From contig CAVTVT010000004.1 of NCBI GenBank assembly GCA_963738315.1, positions 189,043 through 253,042 of the forward strand: DNA of 64,000 nt. The letters are read 5' to 3'. Every line of letters starts with the position of its first letter. The stretch's first letter is position 1. Made by a program: the position numbers and the translations under genes. Of this stretch, positions 1 through 9,052 are shown one piece after another. The notes under the pieces are model-generated. The model saw only the letters and a program-made list of their open reading frames with translations, had not been told where the DNA came from and made no database searches. The DNA comes from Vicinamibacterales bacterium. Its GTDB lineage: Bacteria; Acidobacteriota; Vicinamibacteria; Vicinamibacterales; JAMQPK01.

Positions 1-270
1 TGGTTGGTGCTGGGAATAGATGGCATTCCAGTCCCCTCCGGTGGCGTGCAGTCTACGCCTTCTTGCTGGAGGACGATAGGGAATGTTAGCGGGGGCTGGG
101 AGTGAGCGGAAGTGCCCTATCAGCCGCCCTCCCTCTCCGACAGCGCGGATTGACACCTGCTCGCGCGGCGATTCTGCGCCCAGTGGCCGGCCTTGTCACG
201 CGAAACTGAGTGGACTGACGTCCCGAAGCCTGAAACCAGCCTCGACGGCACGACCGAGCGCAGCGAGAGA

Positions 271-297
271 GTGGCGGAGAGGGTGGGATTCGAACCC
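271..297. repeat. attL-type direct repeat (tRNA-Ser 3' stub, not a full tRNA)
   Basis: Identical to 15493-15519. The sequence beyond 297 cannot form the T-stem or the rest of a tRNA. Confidence 0.8.
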
Positions 298-309
298 TAG
301 CAGCTCCTG

Positions 310-334
310 TAGAATCTGTAACTTACAGATTCTA
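310..334. repeat. Perfect 25-bp AT-rich palindrome tagaatctgtaa-c-ttacagattcta
   Basis: 12-bp arms are exact reverse complements around a single central c. It lies 13 nt inside attL. Confidence 0.9.
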
Positions 335-560
335 AATTGCCGACGATGCCAGGAATGCCAGCGTTGCCGTGGGGCCTTGCTCGTTTTTACCCGATGGAGC
401 CGCTCTTGGTAGAATGCCGGCTGCTTGCTCAAAAAAGATTCTCGACGGCCAGGTGCGACCGCGATCGGAGTCCGAGCGACTCGAACTTGAGGGCGTCATC
501 CGGCCACCGGGCGATACGGCGGTTCTCAGCATCCAGCTGAAGGAAATTCACCCGTCGGAC

Positions 561-3515
561 CTAGGCCGGCGCCAACATTGCGACAACGTCCGCGCAGGCA
601 AGATTGGCCCGCTGCAACTTTTCTGGGGCGACCTCCCGTACATGAGCAATCTCGTTTCGGACCGGAGTTATTTGATCGATGGCGCTCTGCAGCCTCCTCT
701 TGGCCTCCGCGTCGCCGCCGAACCTAGCGCGGGCATCCTGCCAGACATCGGGTTTGAAGAGAAGCGCTGGCAGCTGTGCCAGATAAAGATAATCGACAAC
801 ACCGAGACCATCTGCACCGGCCGGCCGATTCCGAGCTGCACGGGCCAACACGTCTCGCTCGCGAGCGTCGAGTGCGCCTTCGATGGCCGCCGCCGCACTG
901 TCCCCAAAACGCTCGCGATAAACGTCTCGAACGATGGCACGGAGCCTCAGCTCTACATCACCAATCCGCTGCCACACAACTTCGGCTCCTGGCAGGAACC
1001 AGGGCGGCAGGAGGGGCGACGCGCTGGCTTCTCCGCCAAGTTTCCGAAACGCGATGCGAATGATCTCGGCCATGCGCGGGCGGCGCGCGGCCAGAAACTC
1101 TTCGTAGCTCATCGATTCCCAAGCGGGTGGCAGCGCGTGCTCCGCGCACATCCTGCCCCACAGGTCGTCGCTGATCTCGAACTTCGCGCGTAAACGGGGA
1201 ACGTATGTTGCGGGGCTCTGGCTTCCCATCGAGCTATTGTCGTACCAACCGACATCAGCGAGGTTCGCAACTTGATTCACCTTCCTCCGCTCAGTGATCC
1301 CGTGCCCATGCAGCCACGCCTTCGGAAACAGGTGATGCATTTCACTCGCCGCGCGCCCGCCCCCGCCTGGAGCTGCGAGCAGATTTCGCAGTGGTTGATC
1401 GCCGAACAACGCCTTGGCGCCGAGGACGACTTGGGCGGCTCGGAAGGCCAGCGCGGCAGGGGCGCGCCCGCGTTGGGTGTCGAGCGCAGACAGAAGAGTC
1501 TGGTTCCAATAGTCGTTCGTCAAGACATCGCCAAGCATGTCGTCCAGAGTCTGCACGAATGCCGTCGGGTCGTCCTTCGACGCGTCGCGCACTCGCCCGA
1601 GATCTTCTTCGTACTTCGTCTCAGACGACCCCGAATAGCGGGCCGTCAAAAGCGTTCCGAAGATCCAGCGGCACACACTCTCTTCCAACCGCTGCCGCTG
1701 GACATTAGAGGTCGTCCCCATGACGTAAAACGCGTAGGCGTTCGTAACGGCGTTCGTTGATGCCACGAGGCCGGGGCTGACGAAGCCCGCAAGCATGACG
1801 CGCAGCATGTAGTCTCGCCAGCGCGTCTCATTGAGGCACTGATCGACCGCCTGATCGAGCACCTTCAAGCGCTCGACTCGTCCCGCAGGATCAGGATCTC
1901 CAGTAACCGGATCAATCCCGCGTAAGTACTTGTAGATGGACGACATTCGCGCCCGCTGAAATCCGACCGCGCATGCCGTGCGTAGGATCTGCTGCGTATC
2001 GACAGGCACGATTGCATTCGTCGACATCGCGCGTGCGCCGGCCTCAATTCGATCACGCAACTCACCATGGAACACGCTCAGCAGGGTAAGCACGAAGTCC
2101 GCCTGGCCAAGGCGCGTACCCTGGCTATTGATGCGGACGAAAATCTCCGCGACATCCTCTTCGCTAATCTCTTCCGCAGTTGCGGTCTTGCGGATTTCGA
2201 CCGTGGGAAATCTGTAGTCCGCGATACCTTTAGCGCGCTCGAGATTCACATACATCGCATCTCTGTAGGCGTCATCGATGACACGACCCCGTTCTTCAAG
2301 CGCCTTAACCATGTCTTTGCGTATCTGAGAGTTTGTTCTAGTACCTCGCCAGAGCTCGGTCACATTTGGCAAGAACTCCGGATCCTTTCTGATGGCGGCG
2401 TCGCACACTTCGAAACGTCCATCCCGGGGTCGAAACGCGATGGAGATGACCCGCTTCTCTCCGTCCTTGTCCTGGATCTCAACGCCTCGCATCACCGCAA
2501 AGAGCGATGTCAGTCGCTGTTGACCGTCGATGACCAGAGTCGTGGCGCGGAGGGCACGATTGGACGCGCCAAGCGCGCGGGCCTCCCGCTCATCCGTTGT
2601 GTACCAGAGCACCAGTGTCCCGACCGGAAACCCGATGAACAGCGAATCCAGGAGCTTCCGGACCTTGGCGTCTTCCCACACGAATGGACGCTGCAGGTCC
2701 GGCAGCGCAATGACGCCGCGGCTGGGATCGATCTCTTCAATCAGAGCCCCGACAGCCCTTTGTCCCAACTCGAAAATTGCGGAGCGACCACATTCTTTGG
2801 GCTCGCGCGACAGCTCGGGTGCATCGTCATCAACTTCCGGTTCGTCGACCTCCTCCGCCGCTTGCCTCGGTTCTGGCTGAGGCAGCTCCCTTCCGACCAC
2901 CTTCGACAGATAGGTGACTACCTCAGGCGCGTGGTCGTCCAAGTCAACGTCTCTGCGTACCCGCGCAATCGCCGCGTCAACGAACTTGGCAAACGGATCC
3001 TTCAACAAGCCCAAATGCGCTGAGACTCGATCTGGCCGAAGGGACAAATAGAGGCCGCCTGCAACCAGCTTCCACGGCTCCTCGTCTTCGCTGCCCACAC
3101 CGAGCAGCGATGATGTCTCTGGAGAAAGTGGGCCGAGCACGCTGACACCGAAGTCATTCGGCTTGATCTGCAACGCCAGCATGCGGCCGGCTTTCAGCTC
3201 AAACCCGCGGCGCGTCTCACTGAACCGCCACGCGTCGCTCCGCTCCTCGTCAACGTTCTCGACTGCATAGGCAACAAACTCCAGCACGGCAGCCCGGATT
3301 GACGGCTCGGGAAGGGCCCGTTCGATCTTTCGTTTGATCCGGGCTTCAATGATCTCTGGATCGGCGTCCGTCGGGTCGTCGTCGTCGTTGAACCTTAGCC
3401 TCAGTGCTGCTGCTTTCGGGCCTATCGACATGCCACGCCTCCTCCCATCCGTCAATGGCCTCCAAGTCTTTCGTCGTAATCTCCAGGGGATGCGCCGCAA
3501 GGAATTCGCGACCAC
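561..3515 (-). CDS. GmrSD-family type IV restriction-like protein (DUF262 + DUF1524/His-Me finger) with extra C-terminal HEPN domain and ~270-aa N-terminal extension
   Basis: 984-aa ORF. DUF262 motifs DLQRPFVW and VIDGQQRLTSL. His-Me-like HHLFPKAWL...NQVANL. C-terminal Rx4H motif RNEIAH (Swt1-like HEPN pattern). The true start may be an internal Met (MSIGPK...). Confidence 0.75.
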   Translation of the reverse strand: MVANSLRRIPWRLRRKTWRPLTDGRRRGMSIGPKAAALRLRFNDDDDPTDADPEIIEARIKRKIERALPEPSIRAAVLEFVAYAVENVDEERSDAWRFSETRRGFELKAGRMLALQIKPNDFGVSVLGPLSPETSSLLGVGSEDEEPWKLVAGGLYLSLRPDRVSAHLGLLKDPFAKFVDAAIARVRRDVDLDDHAPEVVTYLSKVVGRELPQPEPRQAAEEVDEPEVDDDAPELSREPKECGRSAIFELGQRAVGALIEEIDPSRGVIALPDLQRPFVWEDAKVRKLLDSLFIGFPVGTLVLWYTTDEREARALGASNRALRATTLVIDGQQRLTSLFAVMRGVEIQDKDGEKRVISIAFRPRDGRFEVCDAAIRKDPEFLPNVTELWRGTRTNSQIRKDMVKALEERGRVIDDAYRDAMYVNLERAKGIADYRFPTVEIRKTATAEEISEEDVAEIFVRINSQGTRLGQADFVLTLLSVFHGELRDRIEAGARAMSTNAIVPVDTQQILRTACAVGFQRARMSSIYKYLRGIDPVTGDPDPAGRVERLKVLDQAVDQCLNETRWRDYMLRVMLAGFVSPGLVASTNAVTNAYAFYVMGTTSNVQRQRLEESVCRWIFGTLLTARYSGSSETKYEEDLGRVRDASKDDPTAFVQTLDDMLGDVLTNDYWNQTLLSALDTQRGRAPAALAFRAAQVVLGAKALFGDQPLRNLLAAPGGGGRAASEMHHLFPKAWLHGHGITERRKVNQVANLADVGWYDNSSMGSQSPATYVPRLRAKFEISDDLWGRMCAEHALPPAWESMSYEEFLAARRPRMAEIIRIAFRKLGGEASASPLLPPWFLPGAEVVWQRIGDVELRLRAIVRDVYRERFGDSAAAAIEGALDARERDVLARAARNRPAGADGLGVVDYLYLAQLPALLFKPDVWQDARARFGGDAEAKRRLQSAIDQITPVRNEIAHVREVAPEKLQRANLACADVVAMLAPA

Positions 3516-3766
3516 GTTCGGTGACGCCGGTACTGCCTGGGCGCCACCTTCTCGATCAGTCCGCCCTTGGTGAGAAACGTCATGGCCCAGCCCACACGGT
3601 TACGGACGTAGGTCGACTTGCCGCTGGGAATTCGCACCTGGCGATCTTCTGCAGAAAGCCCGAAATGCAGAGCCATCGACTCAGTGGCCGAGACTCGCGT
3701 AACCGGCGCGTCAACCGACAGCGCCAGAATTGGCCTTAACATGGCATCGAGTTTGGGAACATTCAT
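3452..3766 (-). CDS. Mrr_N-type winged-helix DNA-binding domain protein (reading frame apparently broken near 3525)
   Basis: 104-aa ORF. The stretch LHFGLSAEDRQVRIPSGKSTYVRNRVGWAMTFLTKGGLIE fits the Mrr N-terminal domain pattern. After ...APRQYR the expected continuation VTERGREFLAAHPLEITTKDLEAIDGW is readable only in another frame. The ORF overlaps the 5' end of the 984-aa ORF. Confidence 0.55.
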   Translation of the reverse strand: MNVPKLDAMLRPILALSVDAPVTRVSATESMALHFGLSAEDRQVRIPSGKSTYVRNRVGWAMTFLTKGGLIEKVAPRQYRRHRTWSRIPCGASPGDYDERLGGH

Positions 3767-3869
3767 GTGTTCGCCATCCTTAGAATAGGCGTGGCAAGGT
3801 TTGCCAGAAACTTACTCGCCGGCTCAAGCCCGTCACGGTCAACGCATCCCTCGGCCGTGTGCGCGCGAC

Positions 3870-4082
3870 CTACAAGAACCACCAGCGAAGGAGGCTGATC
3901 GACGTCGCCGAGGCGCCCGTGTGTCCGGGGCGGCGCCAAGCGAACACCTCGCGGACCTTCGCGACGAGAGGTGGTAGCCGCTCGTAAAAGGTCTCGCGGA
4001 GCGCCTCGTCAGCCGGGAACCATCGATGGTCGGGCACCAACTCGGCGTAGGACGATTTCGAAAAGTCGGGGTGCAGGGCCAT
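3870..4082 (-). pseudogene. 5' stub (70 codons) of an SF2 helicase / type III Res-like restriction subunit gene
   Basis: RWFPADEALRE...LPPLVAKVREVFAWRRPGHTGASATSISLLRWWF resembles the conserved N-terminus of large restriction-associated helicases. The ORF stops after WWFL and no helicase motifs follow in any frame. Confidence 0.45.
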
Positions 4083-4260
4083 CGTCGTGACCGCGATTCT
4101 AGCGGAAGGTAGCCAGTAGGTGTGTCAGCCGGGGTTCGACCGCACGGCCCCCACCGCGCGGCGCGTAGGCGGCGTCACGAAGCTGCTTCGCCCTCCCGTA
4201 CGTCGTCCTCACCTCATCAAAACGGCGCAGCGCTCTGGAGCGCCAGGATCCGGCTAAACC

Positions 4261-4299
4261 CTGAAAACAAACGGGGCGCTATAGAGCGCTCTATAGCGC
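4261..4299 (-). terminator. Candidate intrinsic terminator for minus-strand transcripts
   Basis: The 24-bp perfect palindrome gcgctatagagcgctctatagcgc (4276-4299) is followed on the minus strand by cccgTTTGTTTTcag. It lies about 400 nt downstream of the hsdR stop. Confidence 0.4.
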
Positions 4300-4315
4300 T
4301 CTACAGCGCTCCCAG
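4276..4315. repeat. Four tandem 10-bp units each containing (A/G)GCGCT
   Basis: ggcgctatag / agcgctctat / agcgctctac / agcgctccca, with a further cagcgctctggagcgcc copy near 4228-4244. Confidence 0.8.
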
Positions 4316-4704
4316 CGGGGGTGACGTGTCTCATGCTTGCCGATGCCGCAGGCATCGATCTTCGCCTTCGCACGTTCCTGCCATCTGGAGCCTGACGGTG
4401 ACTTACTTCGTCACTCGAATGTGGCCGCTGAACGCTAACCGGACGCCGCCGACGCCGTCATCGCAATCGATCCACCGAACGTCACATCGACCGTGTCGAT
4501 AGTGGCGTTCTCCACGTCACGAAATCACCTGTGCACCCACGCGGCGAGTTGCAGTGTCCGGTGCCACCAATTTGTTCCTGGTAGATCGGCCGTCGGCGTC
4601 AGGAAATCGATGGATTATTGCCGTGACCCGAGTCCATGTGTTCTGAGAACGAAGGGTGGGATTGAAATTCTGGCGCCCGGTGTGCCGAACCACCTCACGC
4701 GGTG

Positions 4705-7700
4705 CTACTGCGGCGCAGACTCGGGCGAGTACGTGAGGCCAAACACTGTGTCGGTCAGCCAGCGCTTGAACGACTCGTTGTCCATGAACTGTTTGAACAG
4801 CTCCGTGTCATCCTTCAGAACCGCCGTCATCACGCGCGCCAGCGCCTTGTCGTGCTCGATTCTGGCGTTCTGCTTGTCGGAGTTCTTGATTGCGTTCTGA
4901 TATGCCTTGTCGGCAGCCACTCGGTTCGGGATGTCCTCGGTGATCAGCTTGTGCACCCGATCGCCGTCGGTCCACGTGATGTTCCCGAACTGGTCATTGA
5001 AGGTCTTGATGATGTTCGACAGCCGGTCCAGTTCCGGTTCCGGCTTTCGACCGCCGCCTGTGGTGGGCACCGGTTCGATTGACGCGTCCTCGTCCGGCAG
5101 CTGGATCCGCCGCGCGGCTTGCTTCTCCACGCGATAACTGTCCATGTCGATGGCGTCGAGAATGCCCTTGGAAAGGTCCTCGTCGATCGGTGCGGGCAGC
5201 TTGGAGATCAGGAAGTTCAGGAAGATCGAGAGCTTCTCCCACTCGGCATTCGTATACGGGAGGATTGACGCGAGGAAACCGTAGGCGCGGACGAACGCCT
5301 TGGCCTTGCCCTTGAAATCTACCTGCCCATCCTCGCGGAGTTGCGCCTTGTACACGGCGACACAGGCATCGAGAATCGGGTCGAGCTTGTCGCGGTCTGA
5401 CCCTCCGAGGTACAGCCCTACGAGCTCGTCCACCTGGGTGTGGGCGTACACCTCATACCCGTCGAGCGCCGCCTGCAGGTCGTGCAGCTTGTTCGGATCG
5501 GTCTCCTCGCTCAGAATCGTCGTTCGGTAGTAGTCGGCGAACGCCGCCTGGATGGTGTCGGTGTCGTTCATGAAGTCCAGGACGAAGACATCGTGCTTCT
5601 GCGGGTGGGCGCGGTTGAGGCGCGAGAGGGTCTGGACGGCCTTGATGCCGGAGAGCACCTTGTCCACGTACATCGTGTGTAGTAGCGGCTCGTCGTAGCC
5701 AGTCTGGAACTTATCGGCGCAGATCAGGAAGCGGTACGGATCTTCCTGAATCTTGTCCGCGATCTGGCTGGACGGAAACCCGTTCAGCGACGCCTCGGTC
5801 ATCTTGGCGCCGCCGTACTCGTGTTCGCCCGAGAAGGCCACGATGGGGCGATAGGGGCTCTTGCGTTCCACGAGGTAATCGCGGAACGCATGATAGTACT
5901 GGATGGCGCGCTCGATGCCGCTTGTCACCACCATCGCCCGCGCCTGCCCGCCGATCTTGTTGAGCGCCAGGACCTGCTCGTGGAAATGGTCGACCATGAT
6001 TTCCGCCTTGAGACGGATGGCATGATCGTGGCTCTCAACGTACCGACGCAACTTCTTGGTCGCGCGCTTCGTATCGAACTCGGGGTCGCTCTGGACGGTC
6101 TTGACCAGCCGGTAGTGACTGCCAATCGGCGTGTATTGCTTCAGCACGTCCAGGATGAAGCCTTCTTGGATGGCCTGCTTCATCGTGTAGCTGTGGAAGG
6201 GCTCGTGGCGCACCTTTCCGTCTATCGGGGGCAAAGGCCGGCCGAAGATCTCGAGTGTCTTGTTCTTGGGAGTGGCGGTGAAAGCAAAGTAGCTCGCGTT
6301 CGGTAGGAGCTTCCGCGCTTCCATGATGCGGTTGACACGGTCCTCCGTCGTTTCGTCGTCTTCTTCCGCTCCTGCGACGGACAACGCCATGCTGATAGCG
6401 GCCGAGGTCTGACCGCCCTGGCTCGAATGCGCCTCGTCGATGATGATCGCGAAGCGGCGGCTGCGTTGCTCGTTGCCGATTTCGTCCAGGATGAACGGAA
6501 ACTTCTGGACCGTCGAAATGATGATCTTCTTGCCGCTCTCAATGAACTTGCGGAGGTCGCCCGAGTGCTCGGCGTGGCCAACCGTCGCACCCACCTGCGC
6601 GAATTGCTTGATCGTGTCGCGAATCTGCTTGTCCAGGATGCGACGGTCGGTGACGACGATGATCGAGTCGAAGACCGAGGCATCGTCTTTGCGGAGGCCG
6701 ATGAGCTGATGTGCGAGCCAGGCGATGGAGTTCGATTTGCCGCTACCGGCGGAGTGCTGAATCAGATAACGCTGGCCGGCGCCCCGCTGTTGCGACATCT
6801 GCGAGCAGCCGGTGCACCACGTCGAGCTGGTGGTACCGCGGCCAGATCTGGACGGCCTTCTTCTTGCCAGTTTTGTCGTCCTTCGTTTCGACAACCTGCG
6901 CGTAGTTCTCGAGGATGTCGGTCAGGCCCTCCCGGGTGAGCAGGCGCTTCCACAGGTAGTCGGTCTTCAGGCCATCGGGGTTCGGCGGGTTGCCGGCGCC
7001 ATCGTTCCAACCAAGGTTGAACGGCAGGAACCACGAGCTCTTGCCTTTCAGGTGCGTGCAAAACCGCACCTCGTGGTCATCGACGGCGAAATGAACAATG
7101 CATCGCCCGAACTCGAAGAGCTTCTCGCGCGGGTCGCGGTCGCGCTTGTACTGCTCCACCGCGTCGTCCACCGTTTGCTTCGTCAGGCTGTTCTTCAGCT
7201 CGAAGGTCGCGATCGGCAGGCCATTGATGAAGAGGCCGAGGTCAAGCGCCCGTTGAGTCTCGTTGCGGCTGTAACGGAGTTGTCTCGCGACGGAGAAGCG
7301 ATTTTGGGCGAAGCGCTCAACGGCGACTGCGTTACCTGGTGAGGGGGTTCCGTAGAACAGCTCCACATGATGCGGACCGTCTTTGATCCCCTTGCGCAGA
7401 ACGTCAATCACGCCCCGTCTGCTGATCTCGCCCTGCAGCCGCGCCAGGAACTTCCGTCGGGACGGGCCATCCTCTGAGAGGTTGAGGCCGTCGAACGCAT
7501 CTGGCTGGGTCTCGATCAGGAAGGCCAGGAGTTGAACGAGATCGACCGTGTACTCCCTGTCGTAATCGTTCGGATTGCCGCAGAGCCAACCTGCGCCACC
7601 GACCGCGACGGAGGTCTCGCTCTCCACATCAGGAGAGATCGGGACCGGATCGCAAACGCCGCCTGTGAGCGCAACACAAATGAGTTGCTCCAGGCCGCGT

Positions 7701-7720
7701 TCGCTGGTGTCAGTGGGCAT
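4705..7720 (-). CDS. hsdR: Type I restriction enzyme R subunit (HsdR), frame broken at the C4 run 6782-6785
   Basis: ORFs 6743..7720 and 4705..6894 join as ...HRLLADVATAG/AGQRYLIQHSAGSGKSNSIAWL (Walker A). N-terminal PD-(D/E)xK nuclease motif LDLGLFINGLPIATFELK and QYKRDR. DEAH-like IIIDEAH. Long HsdR-type C-terminal domain. Confidence 0.85.
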
Positions 7721-8765
7721 CTGTGAGTGGTTTTATCCATCCCCGCGCGGTGAGGACGCCGAGCGCAAGTCCGACCTGTCGAGGCGAGAATTGTTTCTTC
7801 CTTTCGCCCCAAGCGTAGACAGCGGCCGTCACCTCCGCATCGGTTCGCGCTGACGTGCGCGTCGACACCCAATGGACCGTCGACAAGAGCTCCAGCCCGA
7901 ACGGAGACTCGAAACCCTGAACAAGGTCCGCGACGCGGTCGAAGCGAGCGTGCGTGTCGGCGTGCCGGGCGAGAAAGTCTTCGGCCTCATCGACAGCGCC
8001 AGGAACCAACGTCAACTCCTTGTCTGGAGCATCTCCTCCGTCGGCGTAACCCGCTACGTAATATCCTTCGATCTCCTTGAGGACGTGGCGAAGATTCTCA
8101 GCGTACGGACCGTAAGGGGCCGCTGCGAAGCGAAGCCGCAAGGGTTCGCCAGCCTCCTGCATGAAGTACATCAGTTTGTGGACCTCGAGCAGCGTCACGA
8201 ACGGATCCAGAAGGCCACCGAGATACCGACGCACCAATCCCACGAGCGCTGCGCGGCCAGGAGTCATCGTCGGCACCTTGCCGGTGTTTCTGGCCGGCGT
8301 CGAAGATGGCGAACTGTGAGGCTCGAACACTGTCACGTGCACGTCAGGGAGCGCACCCAGAGTCGCTTCGATTCGCGGTCGTACGTCAGACCAGTTCAGG
8401 CCTCCCAGCCCACTGCCGAGTGGTGGAACGGCGATCGAGTGAATTCCTCGGGCGCGGATCTCCCGCACGAGATCGACCAACCCTGCATCGATGTCCTCAA
8501 TCCGGCTCTTGCCGCGCCAGTGCCGCTTCGTCGGAAAGTTGATGATGTACTTCGGATCAGACATGAAGCCCGTTTCGAAAACGAACATCTTACCGGGCTG
8601 CACCTCGCCTCGTACGCACGCCGCCTCGTACGCCTTGAAGTTCGCCGGGAACGCGTTCTTGAACTGCAGCGCCACACCGCGTCCCATGATCCCGACACAG
8701 TTCACGGTATTGACGAGGGCCTCCGCCTGCGTCTTGAGAATGTCTCCGCTCTTGAACTCAATCAT
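7710..8765 (-). CDS. darG: DarG antitoxin (DNA ADP-ribosyl glycohydrolase: macrodomain + C-terminal DarT-binding domain)
   Basis: MIEFKSGDILKTQAEALVNTVNCVGIMGRGVALQFK...INFPTKRHWRGKSRIEDIDAGL...IAVPPLGSGLGGLNW is near-collinear with the DarG macrodomain as I recall it from Mycobacterium. The ORF is open up to 8792. The stop overlaps the hsdR start by 11 nt. Confidence 0.85.
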   Translation of the reverse strand: MIEFKSGDILKTQAEALVNTVNCVGIMGRGVALQFKNAFPANFKAYEAACVRGEVQPGKMFVFETGFMSDPKYIINFPTKRHWRGKSRIEDIDAGLVDLVREIRARGIHSIAVPPLGSGLGGLNWSDVRPRIEATLGALPDVHVTVFEPHSSPSSTPARNTGKVPTMTPGRAALVGLVRRYLGGLLDPFVTLLEVHKLMYFMQEAGEPLRLRFAAAPYGPYAENLRHVLKEIEGYYVAGYADGGDAPDKELTLVPGAVDEAEDFLARHADTHARFDRVADLVQGFESPFGLELLSTVHWVSTRTSARTDAEVTAAVYAWGERKKQFSPRQVGLALGVLTARGWIKPLTDAH

Positions 8766-8779
8766 GTCGGTTGCCCCGG

Positions 8780-9052
8780 TCAATAATACCAATCTGTAAG
8801 GATCTCGACGGGTGGTCTATGGGTCAGCCCACGGAGAGCAGTTGCAACCTGTTGCGCAACCTGTTGTGACCTGACACCGACCCGGCGAACCAGTTCCCAA
8901 GGGAAAGATTCATGCACCAGGAACTCGGCTTGCTTGCCCTCCTTCACGTCGGGCGACCGAAAGTCGTGCGCTTGGACCGCTGGCCAGTTCACCTCATGGA
9001 GGCGGTCGACCTGCGCTCGAAACTGAGCATAGCGTAGTAGTAGTCCTGAAGT
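8780..9052 (-). pseudogene. darT: DarT (DUF4433 DNA ADP-ribosyltransferase) C-terminal remnant, about 70-90 of about 210-230 codons
   Basis: ...RYAQFRAQVDRLHEVNWPAVQAHDFRSPDVKEGKQAEFLVHESFPWELV...PPVEILTDWYY matches the DarT C-terminus, including the catalytic-Glu AEFLV motif and terminal WYY. The frame is closed by TGA at 9053-9055. The only start is a GTG at 8992 overlapping the upstream stop (GTGA). The N-terminal NAD-binding half is absent. Confidence 0.75.

Noticed and set aside
269-360. Possible second complete tRNA-Ser, because of the tggcggagagggtgggattcgaaccc signature
   Set aside because: Only the 3' 26-27 nt match. The adjacent bases cannot form the T-stem 5' half, and the apparent anticodon-like hairpin is the 25-bp palindrome with a non-canonical loop. 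It is interpreted as an att-site stub.
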